Part shown: positions 18,401-25,729 of the stretch, piece after piece
How positions within the stretch are numbered: position 1 is the first letter of the stretch
Layout of the letters: every line of letters starts with the position of its first letter
IMG/VR virus record: IMGVR_UViG_3300029288_007068
Direction: 5' to 3' (one strand)
DNA from: a virus
Lineage: Duplodnaviria > Heunggongvirae > Uroviricota > Caudoviricetes
DNA length: 38,936 nt
Notes under the pieces: generated by a model
Told to the model about the DNA's origin: nothing
The model's database searches: none
Seen by the model: only the letters and a program-made list of their open reading frames with translations
Translations under genes and position numbers: made by a program

Positions 18401-19643
18401 AAAGTTCTCCCCAAGAAAATGCATCATTACCACAATCATTTATTCGCAAACGCGTGTATTGAACAGTTTCATTACTACCCAGAGTAACCTCTTTAAAAAA
18501 CATTCCAGTAACATTTCCATCCCAAACTTCATTCCACGCATCATCATAATACATTTCTACTGTTACATTTGATGCCTGTTTCTCTGCTCCACCACTGAGT
18601 GTGACAGTAGAAAAACGAATTCTATCACAGGTTCTGCTGTTGGTTAGATTCAAGTAAATCCATGGTCGTGGAGTTGCAGCCGACTGAATATATGCCCAAG
18701 TCGACATGTTTTTATCAATAGCATATGCTTCATCCATCCACGCTACAGTCGCACTGGTAGAATCGGGAGAAATCCAATCATATGTTCTGTAAGTGGTGGT
18801 AGTAAAGTGGTAAGTGTTGTTTGTTGTTCCAGAAGCGTTCTTCGCCATTATCTTGAACCAATACTTTGTGTTTGAATCGTTTGCTTCATCAAAAAACTCT
18901 TGCCAACTCCCACTTGTCATTAATGCTTTTGAGGGATTTGTAATTCTGTGCCAACTACCTGTTGATGCATTTGTCCAAAGAGCTAAAGTAACTACTGAAG
19001 CTCCTCCGGTATAATTAAATTTTACAACTTGTCCACTTTCAAACGCAGGAATTCCTGTTGAACCATTTGTTGGATAGACCAAAGTTATTACTGGTGTTGA
19101 AGGAACCACTGGAATTTCACCATATAAGTCAATAATCGGGTCGGGAGCTGTATCTCCCCAGTTAAGCAAATCTGGTGCCTGTTCTGCGTTAGTTATAACA
19201 AATTTCACATAACGACCTTCCTTGTCAGTATTATCAACGGTTTGCCAAGCAACTGTATCAACCCAAGTGTTTATTCCAGATGCAACTGCGGCCCCCCAAT
19301 CAACCCCATTTGTGGAAACATACATATCAACAGATGTTGGGTCTGAATCAGAATTCGACCTGCCACGAACCTGTTGAACATCGTATGTTACTCCCAAGTC
19401 AAGAACAAACCACGGGTCACCACCACTAAAATCAGTCATCCAGGCACCACCAGCATCCAGTGCATCTGGTAGACCATCTCCACCAGAAACCGAATCCAAA
19501 TAGGAACTATCTATTCCGAGCCAAGCTGGTGCGGCGCTGATGTTATGAAATCCTGTTTTTTGCGTAAAGATGGGAAGAACCAGATTAAAACCTAATGTAA
19601 AAGAATAGATTAATAATGCAAGTTCACTCCACCGCAAGCGCAT
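12420..19643 (-). CDS. Giant (2407 aa) surface glycoprotein/adhesin: signal peptide, discoidin(F5/8C)-like domains, Ca-binding DxDxDG repeats, WNxSFxN repeats, NosD/CASH beta-helix, C-terminal TM anchor
   Basis: PWFVLDLG...YVSTNGVDW...GRYVKFVI (F5/8C-like); DSDLDGLSDWYE..TNPFLRDTDNDGINDYFE (Ca-binding); NNxIxNN beta-helix; G7 linker + hydrophobic helix + KKKKRR. Confidence 0.9.
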   Translation of the reverse strand: MRLRWSELALLIYSFTLGFNLVLPIFTQKTGFHNISAAPAWLGIDSSYLDSVSGGDGLPDALDAGGAWMTDFSGGDPWFVLDLGVTYDVQQVRGRSNSDSDPTSVDMYVSTNGVDWGAAVASGINTWVDTVAWQTVDNTDKEGRYVKFVITNAEQAPDLLNWGDTAPDPIIDLYGEIPVVPSTPVITLVYPTNGSTGIPAFESGQVVKFNYTGGASVVTLALWTNASTGSWHRITNPSKALMTSGSWQEFFDEANDSNTKYWFKIMAKNASGTTNNTYHFTTTTYRTYDWISPDSTSATVAWMDEAYAIDKNMSTWAYIQSAATPRPWIYLNLTNSRTCDRIRFSTVTLSGGAEKQASNVTVEMYYDDAWNEVWDGNVTGMFFKEVTLGSNETVQYTRLRINDCGNDAFSWGELWDFQYGNTTTDSTPPSVVINFAGNLSDHGGPAWRPPEYNQVILEGHPVWGEGYYTNDSCQIEEGITINVTVTEPDSTVQNVWLNWLNKTGESKVWTNWTYPLLQKGDFWIINTTKNITTKAGSNYSFDIVANSTGGSTFWEWNKTGVENVTTRRYVQLNCSGYNLSYKPYYLFNATYDSPFKFDNDVLHHDQGTGTVADTGYLLNNTFSDTIQHRYCGAAVWYWFDESLSILSDTRIKNIYYHVWFDSGTNHDGNVNLSAGVNRTTAVATTPSNYISNYKQFLDSDRRSGPITTFISGYSFSLATSLLTLDNPVKVCDNNISEFAVWMASIGGTGFTLINSFSNSSANAFVLFNVPDNATLNASYSDSDLDGLSDWYELYRSYTNPFLRDTDNDGINDYFEDLSGSDPNNYSRRNNISLWYVEPTWNISFKNIASNQSFTHWNISFKNLQINTSQFHWNTSFRNSNIYDLVLYWNTSFKSTSSNQPFFHWNTSFKSTSLNQSAFHWNVSFKNSGMWYKYLSWNISFRNTTLYVSLLHWNTSFNSIAVMDKVFQWNTSFKNSAETVWYLKPTWNTSFKNVAINDVTNHWNVSFKNSSEIVNNSVSHWNTSFKNSDFDVWDYTLFWNTSFRNSSTLLYALEFTWNTSFKNIALNQSSFHYNISFKNSAYNNSLPHYNISFRNSSMLFYNSLFHWNVSFRNSSLISYQSQAHYNISFQNSSQPAYNSLFHWNTSFRNSPTNKSALHWNTSFKSEVINESTYHWNTSFKNSEVEMETLIFSWNTSFKNSSAFMNVSISHWNISFKNSSIFMNTSLLHWNISFKNTVVNEPVVHWNISFRNTSLLVNRSVNHWNISFRNTSVIHVYVDDNAPADWYNRTHVHTIQEGFDNVSTGGIVYVWDGTYTSKGIINKTLSVIGNGSTSILQFDRFTDNGILVNNVDDVNISYLTILGSNISIYIDESNNVSVFSNNLNGNGTYALRTNNAHFANISNNNITSNGSGVYLYGRSPSSIVQNNYFHCYSSFAIATSDNSDYSILRNNTIELCDFIIYSDNTTIFNNSFKNSVIAILLATSNDNFISNNTIVDTDSNGFFLGSSSRNRIVNNTVTSNLSCIYLDNGPSLNNWVYNNMFTSIGIVASDFGTGNKWNFTKTAGTNIIGGPYIGGNYYSNNTGNSVGDGFTEPYHVTGSLLDYYPLGYPKWLKLMDFNISFKNSYATVNKSLFHYNISFRNTIINQTVFHWNTSFSNSSVGEHNEVFSWNTSFRNSSLRDNKSIFSWNVSFQNTSETAFDVRYSWNTSFRNSSVFVNERVMWWNTSFRNSSDTVRIHFISQTPSVVWYNSTDNITIIYNITTNYTRISNFFLAQLVNFSSTCFNWSYRYPPSYQDDFTGNRSHNRNEDRWFEIFNKPTGSGEIGYYGEWGVFDNSSYELHMVAHGSNWTLVNLTLNVRHFFPQQWYLDRTNIQDMPNKRNFSVYNQNYYMTEFNMNYTDFYYSGAFLNSTCIMNFNYMVDPTQPAPLDPLQVYYVNSSYTSGNPATSPYAQLLRQVYPTSHPAYRNRNSSYWSANFTINETGFVGTTGATAKFYIAFVSKTPPSKPYYLKYAWYNYSGSDFNNTNLTQYTSNNGGAWTTIKGTIDVWGSGANRNGSNYIWYKMYANDSQGNENWSAIQRTQITPGNVPPNPANVIQPNATTNYHSGQIINLTYRWLGDPNLDSCWINASLYDNTTHTYLYPICNHTWTYAYYLSVQNHYEAFDTDHLNIQTGKYDVRITVRDSVGHTVITVGPVFNFTRLGLTHPYSFNISFRNTTIYDSEYHWNISFANRSIRKWNTTIAWNIFFKNVITNMSVSHWNITFRNSSALNISIDSEFPANKSSNIPRYPTTHVKLTNYYNYRMNITWSWGFNSSCTEIMGHSYNESNGYVYMPFSNASSYSTTYYWAVYVEDGNGHNASAWYYFRTEVPSGGGGGGGGSTMMRDSIGIVGIVGLFGLLAIWFKKKKRRED
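12850..17135 (-). repeat. ~37 protein-level repeats of [W/Y/F]N[I/T/V]SF[K/R]N with 16- or 18-aa period, in three blocks
   Basis: Counted 26 (approx. 17135-15840), 7 (approx. 14815-14460) and 4 (approx. 13030-12850) copies. At DNA level they recur as gtattccaatg / atattccaatg. Confidence 0.9.
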
Positions 19644-19689
19644 TAGGTTCTCTAAAGTAGAAGGAGGAAGGATTTACCTTCCATCTTAC

Positions 19690-20286
19690 TTAGTAGTAAG
19701 CCCAAAATCTGAAATAACACTGGTAGATACGCTGACTTTTGTTTATGCTAAATCCTGGACTTGAACCACCACCATCATAGACATACTGGACCCACAAGAA
19801 ATCTTGTGTAGCTTCCCAACCAACAGACGATATGTTGTATTCATCCATGGTGTGGTTTTGAAGACCAAACTGTGGCATCGAAACGTTTCCACGCACCCAA
19901 TCCAAGTTCCATTGCTTACTTGTAGTATTGTATGCGTGTGTTCTATTCCATCGAACTTTAACCACTAAGTCGAGTTGAATTCCGTAAGGAACATCCGCGC
20001 CGGCTTCAGTATTGTTTGTTTCAGTATATCCAAACATACTTTCATTTCGGGTGAAGTTGTTTGTATATGTATATAATCCATGTTTTACAATGGATACATT
20101 TACTACACCACTTTGACCAGCGGCTGGTGCAATATCACCCAATGCCGGTAGGGTTAAACCATGCCAACTTTTTATGTGTCCTTCTTCCATGACTGGTATC
20201 ATCGGGAGATTGGTGACTACAAAAAACATAGCCACTATCAAGCCGATGATAAAGCTTGCTTCTACTAACTTATTTTTCTTTTTCAT
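19690..20286 (-). CDS. Membrane-anchored glycoprotein (~198 aa)
   Basis: Likely start MKKKNK at 20286 (GGAGAG RBS); N-terminal TM; several sequons. Confidence 0.75.
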   Translation of the reverse strand: MKKKNKLVEASFIIGLIVAMFFVVTNLPMIPVMEEGHIKSWHGLTLPALGDIAPAAGQSGVVNVSIVKHGLYTYTNNFTRNESMFGYTETNNTEAGADVPYGIQLDLVVKVRWNRTHAYNTTSKQWNLDWVRGNVSMPQFGLQNHTMDEYNISSVGWEATQDFLWVQYVYDGGGSSPGFSINKSQRIYQCYFRFWAYY

Positions 20287-20302
20287 GTTTTTTTCTCTCC
20301 AT

Positions 20303-20638
20303 TTATTTGGGTTCAACAAACGTTTTATAAAATATGTTTGTGACAAGGAAGGTAAGAATTAGTCCAAAGATTGCGATTATCGGTGTTGTAAGGACTACTC
20401 CAAAGATGAGTCCAACTATAAAGAGATACGCCGCAACTATGAGATAAATGCGTGTATCTCCTTCGCCAGAAACGTAGATGGCTGTGCCAATGAATCCAAA
20501 CAATATTCCCCAGAACAGCGAACCAAAGATGTTTAAGTACGGCTCAACAGCGTGGTAAGTCCAATTCTGAGTAAAGTTTGTTATATTGATATCTATTGTG
20601 AACACAATATACGATACGAGAGCAGATAGAGACATCAT
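20303..20638 (-). CDS. Multi-TM membrane protein (~111 aa)
   Basis: Likely start at the ATGA overlap with the upstream stop; 3-4 hydrophobic segments. Confidence 0.75.
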   Translation of the reverse strand: MMSLSALVSYIVFTIDINITNFTQNWTYHAVEPYLNIFGSLFWGILFGFIGTAIYVSGEGDTRIYLIVAAYLFIVGLIFGVVLTTPIIAIFGLILTFLVTNIFYKTFVEPK

Positions 20639-21132
20639 TTGTAATACCTCCAACCGCCAGTAACCATTTGCATGATTCCGAAGAGGAATACCCACGCCGA
20701 GATGCCTGTGAAGATGAAAAATACAGTCATAAATATAGATAATTTAATACTTACTCCAACTGAAATAACTGCAAAAATAGAATAGAAAACTTGAATTGTC
20801 TTTAAGTAAGAAAACCAAAAGACGCCAGAAAAGAATCCATAGACGATACCCTGAGATGATGTTTGTGCTTTAAGTAGATAACCCAACAGGGCGGCGCCAA
20901 CAATTGCACCAACAGCGCCCGCGATTCCGATACCGGCGATGTCTATAATGAATTGTTCTGCGCGGGAAGTGACGTCTTCTGAGGCTGAAAAGTCGCTGGA
21001 TTGGTTAAGAGAAGAAGTATCTATTCCTGTCTTGTATCTACCGAGATTGTAAAGGTTGAATCCTATGCCACCGAGAAGCCAGAGGACAAGGTTGAAAACG
21101 AGTAAGTACATTAAGATATCTGCCGCCTTCAT
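20635..21132 (-). CDS. Four-TM membrane protein (165 aa)
   Basis: Hydrophobic segments with a Gly/Ala-rich helix. Confidence 0.8.
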   Translation of the reverse strand: MKAADILMYLLVFNLVLWLLGGIGFNLYNLGRYKTGIDTSSLNQSSDFSASEDVTSRAEQFIIDIAGIGIAGAVGAIVGAALLGYLLKAQTSSQGIVYGFFSGVFWFSYLKTIQVFYSIFAVISVGVSIKLSIFMTVFFIFTGISAWVFLFGIMQMVTGGWRYYK

Positions 21133-24100
21133 CTACCATAACCTCCGAGTGCCGCAATGAGTGCAAGAATGACCATGAAGAATCCACCAATGACAAGTGC
21201 GGCGGCGCCAAGTGTTCCAACTTCTGGGAGATTGCTAAAGAAGGTTCCTGCGAGGGCAAGCCACAAACCAGAACCCGCAACAGCGGCGAAAGCGTTAATC
21301 GTTGCAAAGCTTAGGAGAATGAAGAAAGCAACCGCGCCTATGAGAACATATATCCAAGGAAGTTCGTCTCCAGTTTCTTCATTTACGAATGGCGTCTGAC
21401 CAAAGGTTATGTTTAAGAGATAATTGAGATATGAACCATTGTGACTCGGGAATGCGTATGGATAGAGAATGCCGGTGATGGTTTGATTGAGCGCCCAGTA
21501 TGTGTGGTTGATTGTTAAAATGAAATAATATGTTTGGTGTTGATTGCCAACCGGACAGGAAAAGTTATGGAGAAAAGAAGAGACGTTGTGCCAGTAAAGG
21601 AGATTGCCTGTTGACATATTGTAAACGCGAAGTGATACATTATTTGTCTCAAAGACAGTATCTTGGTATGAAACCCAGCAACCGGGTGGCGCATTTTCCC
21701 AACCAAAGCTGACTACTATGATGTCATTTAGGTTATAGTATTGGGTTGTTTGAAGAGGAATAATGATTTGAGGGTTGAGGGTTGTAGAAGTTGGCGCAAT
21801 ACCTATTCTTTCTATGGCTGCTACTGAACAAGCAATTCCAATGAAGTATCGCTTTTCGAATAAAAGCCATGGGTAGACTTGAGCCGTAGCGTCCAAGAAC
21901 TCTTCGTGAATAATGAGCTTTGTGTTGTTCATATCATATGTATAGATAGAGACATATGAGTCTAAATCGAGGCGGGCATCGAAATAGCCGGTCTTGTCTT
22001 GGAAACTATAAGTGTATCGAACAAGCGTATTATTGATATCATTTGTGTAATCTCCATAAACCATTTTATCTATAAAGACGTAGATGGAACGATTGTATTG
22101 ACCGGCGACCGGGACGATGATTCTGTTACAACGATATTTTTGAACCATGGTATCGGTGCTGTAAGTATAAGTAACATTTACTTGAGTGAACCTGCGGGCG
22201 GTATAGGGATAAATAGTTATGACGTTATCGGTTAAGATGAAACTTGGGAAGGAACGAGAGGGCGAAGCGCCGGGATAGTAACAAGTAACATTGACGCTTT
22301 CAAGGCTGGAGGGAATGTGAGCAAGCTGAATATAGGTGGTAGTTTCATTCTGCTGTAGCGGATACCCAGTGAAGTATTCAGTAGTTGTTGCACTTGTCCC
22401 ACTATGGACAGAATCATTCCAATGGAACTCAAAGAAGATGGGCGTTTGAGTGCAGTTTAAGGCGAACGAACCATTGGCTGGGTCAGACCACGAAAACGTT
22501 GATTCTGCATAGCGCCATGAGTTTCCAATGAAGTGATTATATTCTGTTTTATTAAGATAATGGACGATGAGAGTGTGATTTCCGCCACCCGAATACTTAA
22601 ACTTGGAAAGGTTGATTGGCTTATATGTGGTGTTCTCATATCGAATGGTAAGGTTATACACACCACCTTCGAGCGTTGCCATCGTCCATAAATACGTGTC
22701 GCTGTACCAATGAAAACCAGGCGAACCCTGGTCTTGGATGTAGTGAAATACTGAAAAGTAAACAGTTCCTATGAGACCTGAAATAGTTGTGTGATTGGAA
22801 GAAACGTTAATGGAAGTGCCTTCAGTATAGTTGGTTGGAGGACCGCTTGCCTGATAACAAACTATAGTTGAATTGACTGGAGTAGACGCGGGAATTGATG
22901 CATTAGTCCACTCTACTCTACAAATGCCTCCGGGATGTGTGACTTTGATGGTTGATGGTGGGTTTGGTTTTGTCAAGAAGTATTCTTTAGTTATGGAAGC
23001 ATTGCTGTGAAGAGTTGCGCCTGTACTTTGGTTTACATACCACGCTTTCACATAATAATATTGGGCAGATGTGAGACCGGGAATTGAAGCAGAGAAAGTA
23101 TCATTTAGACTATATGTACCAGCGGCGGAGATGTTGAATGTTGCAGTAAGCTCTGTCAGCGGCTCAGATGTTCCTATCCACCATCCACAAGTGGCATCGC
23201 TGTCTCCATAATATATAGAATTAAGAGTAACGGTTGTTTCTTCTTTATTTGTTGTATTGAGAGGAAAAGTTGTTTGATTTGAATAGACTTTTCTAAAACT
23301 CATGTTGTTTGGAGACATTGCTGTGTATGTAACGCCCCCCACTGTATGTTCTGCATATGTAAACACCCGATAGTGACCAATCGACCCATTGACGTGTCCC
23401 AAAATTGTGTCTTCATAGCATTGATGTGTACTGTTGCTTATGACATCTCCATCGGTCGAATCAGAGGGATAATGAAGACCATTTCTCACTATGATGCTTT
23501 TATTCCAATTACCTCCAGACGAAAGAGTTACATTAAATCCATGTGATATCTTTGTGGCGTCTAAAGAAGAAGTGTTAGAAGGCTTTGTCATAATGATTGC
23601 ATTGGCATAACTTGTGCTATAGTTATTGAGGTCTTTGTATCTTGTCCATGAAAACGCGCTGAGATAATAGGCAGTTGCGGGATTTAGGACAACGCCAGCA
23701 TCCACTCCTTTAGAAAGAGTTGTATTGACGATGACTGAGCCATCAGTTGGATTGGTTGGATAGGAACCGAGTTTTGCTACGATGATGGTATTGTTTGCGC
23801 CGGAACCGGAAGTCCAAGAGAAGTATTGTTGGTGACTGCTGTTAGAGGTTGCTGTCAGAGAAGATGGTGGGTCTGGGATAGTTATGAATCTCTCGGTTGT
23901 TCCTGTGCCTGTGCCACCAGAGTTGTTTGCAAAGGCGCGAACGAAATAACGTGTTCCGGGAGAAAGACCGGTTAAGTTATAAATTATTTGTTTCAGGGGA
24001 AATCCAATTTCTTGAAACCTAAAATCTTGGGTTGTATAATATTTCCAAGTTACTCCAGCATCATTTGATTCCGCTATTACTCCCTGATAACCGGGACCAT

Positions 24101-25121
24101 TGTAAAGCATGACTTGCCCCGGAAGAGGACCGGTTTCACTAAGAACAATACAATATCTAATGGTGGGTTCAACTTTATAGGGAACTGTGAAGTTTACAGC
24201 GCGCCAATGAACTGTTGCGCCAATGTTGTTTGCATTAATACTTCCGGTGGCTAAAATTGCGCCTGTGGGGCAACCTGTGTTATTTGAGATGTAAAGACTT
24301 GCTGTTAGTGTACCAGGTGGACCAAACGGACTATACATATAAAATCTCATTCCAGTTATGTAATGGCTTATGTTTGGACCAGACCAACCGACTTTAAATG
24401 TTTGGGCAAGTTGACGGGTTGGCGATAGACCATAGTATGTACCAGAAGTAGTTGTATATTCAAACATAGTTGTAGAGTTGCTTACAGTACTTCCAAGCGA
24501 ATCAGTTGTTCCATATTGAAAGCCGCTTGATAGAATGGATGTCGACCCATTGCTGGAGATGTATCCATGAAGGGTTGCGTTAGTTGTTCGAATGCCAGTT
24601 GTCTTGTTGGTTGTCACAATTGGAGTATTTGATGCATTGATGAGCGGGTAAATCATCCAAGAATGTTTGCCAGTTGTCTCCCGGCGAAATGAGATTGAAC
24701 CGGTGGCGTTTGATTTGTTAGTGCTAAAGACCGCGCCATCTTGAGTGACATTGTAAAAATCGTTTGGAGTGAGACCAGAGATGTTATACCAGACGCGGGA
24801 CGCGAGTGATGTGTTCAAGTAAAACTTTATTACCTTCGTCCCATCTGCGGCGGCGAGTGGCGAAGGATTAATATACTCGAGATAGATGTATGCGTTTTGG
24901 GCGCTGGACAGATTGAAGCCGGTTGTGTTAAAAACTACATAAGTGGCGGCGATTTGGATTGTGTGAAAATCTGAGTTGTTGGTAACATTATACCACTCAT
25001 TCTCACAATTAAAGAAATCGACCGGAGTGACGAGGACTGCAGATGTCGGGCGTAAAAAGAGGGAAGCAACCAGAGTAAAGAGAATGAAGGGAATAATCCA
25101 TTTGATTCTTGTTTGCTTCAT
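21129..25121 (-). CDS. Large virion glycoprotein (1330 aa) with FnIII-like domains and C-terminal multi-TM anchor; putative terminal fibre/adhesin
   Basis: Signal peptide; FnIII-like motifs (LTGLSPGTRYFVRAFANN, LNPATAYYLSAFS, PGLTSAQYYYVKAW); three C-terminal hydrophobic helices. Confidence 0.85.
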   Translation of the reverse strand: MKQTRIKWIIPFILFTLVASLFLRPTSAVLVTPVDFFNCENEWYNVTNNSDFHTIQIAATYVVFNTTGFNLSSAQNAYIYLEYINPSPLAAADGTKVIKFYLNTSLASRVWYNISGLTPNDFYNVTQDGAVFSTNKSNATGSISFRRETTGKHSWMIYPLINASNTPIVTTNKTTGIRTTNATLHGYISSNGSTSILSSGFQYGTTDSLGSTVSNSTTMFEYTTTSGTYYGLSPTRQLAQTFKVGWSGPNISHYITGMRFYMYSPFGPPGTLTASLYISNNTGCPTGAILATGSINANNIGATVHWRAVNFTVPYKVEPTIRYCIVLSETGPLPGQVMLYNGPGYQGVIAESNDAGVTWKYYTTQDFRFQEIGFPLKQIIYNLTGLSPGTRYFVRAFANNSGGTGTGTTERFITIPDPPSSLTATSNSSHQQYFSWTSGSGANNTIIVAKLGSYPTNPTDGSVIVNTTLSKGVDAGVVLNPATAYYLSAFSWTRYKDLNNYSTSYANAIIMTKPSNTSSLDATKISHGFNVTLSSGGNWNKSIIVRNGLHYPSDSTDGDVISNSTHQCYEDTILGHVNGSIGHYRVFTYAEHTVGGVTYTAMSPNNMSFRKVYSNQTTFPLNTTNKEETTVTLNSIYYGDSDATCGWWIGTSEPLTELTATFNISAAGTYSLNDTFSASIPGLTSAQYYYVKAWYVNQSTGATLHSNASITKEYFLTKPNPPSTIKVTHPGGICRVEWTNASIPASTPVNSTIVCYQASGPPTNYTEGTSINVSSNHTTISGLIGTVYFSVFHYIQDQGSPGFHWYSDTYLWTMATLEGGVYNLTIRYENTTYKPINLSKFKYSGGGNHTLIVHYLNKTEYNHFIGNSWRYAESTFSWSDPANGSFALNCTQTPIFFEFHWNDSVHSGTSATTTEYFTGYPLQQNETTTYIQLAHIPSSLESVNVTCYYPGASPSRSFPSFILTDNVITIYPYTARRFTQVNVTYTYSTDTMVQKYRCNRIIVPVAGQYNRSIYVFIDKMVYGDYTNDINNTLVRYTYSFQDKTGYFDARLDLDSYVSIYTYDMNNTKLIIHEEFLDATAQVYPWLLFEKRYFIGIACSVAAIERIGIAPTSTTLNPQIIIPLQTTQYYNLNDIIVVSFGWENAPPGCWVSYQDTVFETNNVSLRVYNMSTGNLLYWHNVSSFLHNFSCPVGNQHQTYYFILTINHTYWALNQTITGILYPYAFPSHNGSYLNYLLNITFGQTPFVNEETGDELPWIYVLIGAVAFFILLSFATINAFAAVAGSGLWLALAGTFFSNLPEVGTLGAAALVIGGFFMVILALIAALGGYGR

Positions 25122-25200
25122 TTATTTTATCTCCATACTTGAGATTGGGATTTTAGACGCTATAAGTCAAGACCTTTTTGGTGACTTTGGGTAATCCTCA

Positions 25201-25494
25201 CTACATGTTTTGATATTCTTGTGGCGGCGCATATGTTTCGCCTTCTTCTATGTGGGAACCGATGACATAAATGATGATGATACCGATGAGCGTGATTATG
25301 AAGACAAGCCAAAACACCAATTCCATTTGAATGAGAAAATTGTGGACTTTGGCGTAATCGCCAGTCATGTTCGCGGCTGTTTCGATACCTTGCCATAATT
25401 GCACTCTGGCCATATCAAACGTCAGCGCGAGTATGAGTGTCATAAAGGCAATGACGATAAGAATAATTGTGGCAGCTATATCGGAATTGCGCAT
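25201..25494 (-). CDS. Two-TM small membrane protein (97 aa)
   Basis: Two hydrophobic helices. Confidence 0.75.
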   Translation of the reverse strand: MRNSDIAATIILIVIAFMTLILALTFDMARVQLWQGIETAANMTGDYAKVHNFLIQMELVFWLVFIITLIGIIIIYVIGSHIEEGETYAPPQEYQNM

Positions 25495-25496
25495 TT

Positions 25497-25721
25497 TTAG
25501 TATCGCCTCTTTTGCTGAAACATGATGAGTCGGAATCCAGAGCGGAAGAATACAATGGCGGGAATGTAAGTAAACAGGGTAAGCATGGCAGTCCAGAAGA
25601 CAGATGAAGGAGCCGAAAGTTCTGTATACGTTTCCACGAGTAAGAGGTTCAGAAAATAGAACACAAGCCCGCCAATGATGATGACGGCGACAAACCGGAA
25701 ATAGGGAATCACATCTGCCAT
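25497..25721 (-). CDS. Two-TM small membrane protein (74 aa)
   Basis: Two hydrophobic helices and a basic C-terminus. Confidence 0.75.
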   Translation of the reverse strand: MADVIPYFRFVAVIIIGGLVFYFLNLLLVETYTELSAPSSVFWTAMLTLFTYIPAIVFFRSGFRLIMFQQKRRY

Positions 25722-25729
25722 TACTACCT

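Noticed and set aside
12420-19643. Diversity-generating retroelement target or contingency locus
   Set aside because: No reverse transcriptase and no template/variable repeat pair with adenine-specific differences seen; the repeats are protein-level.
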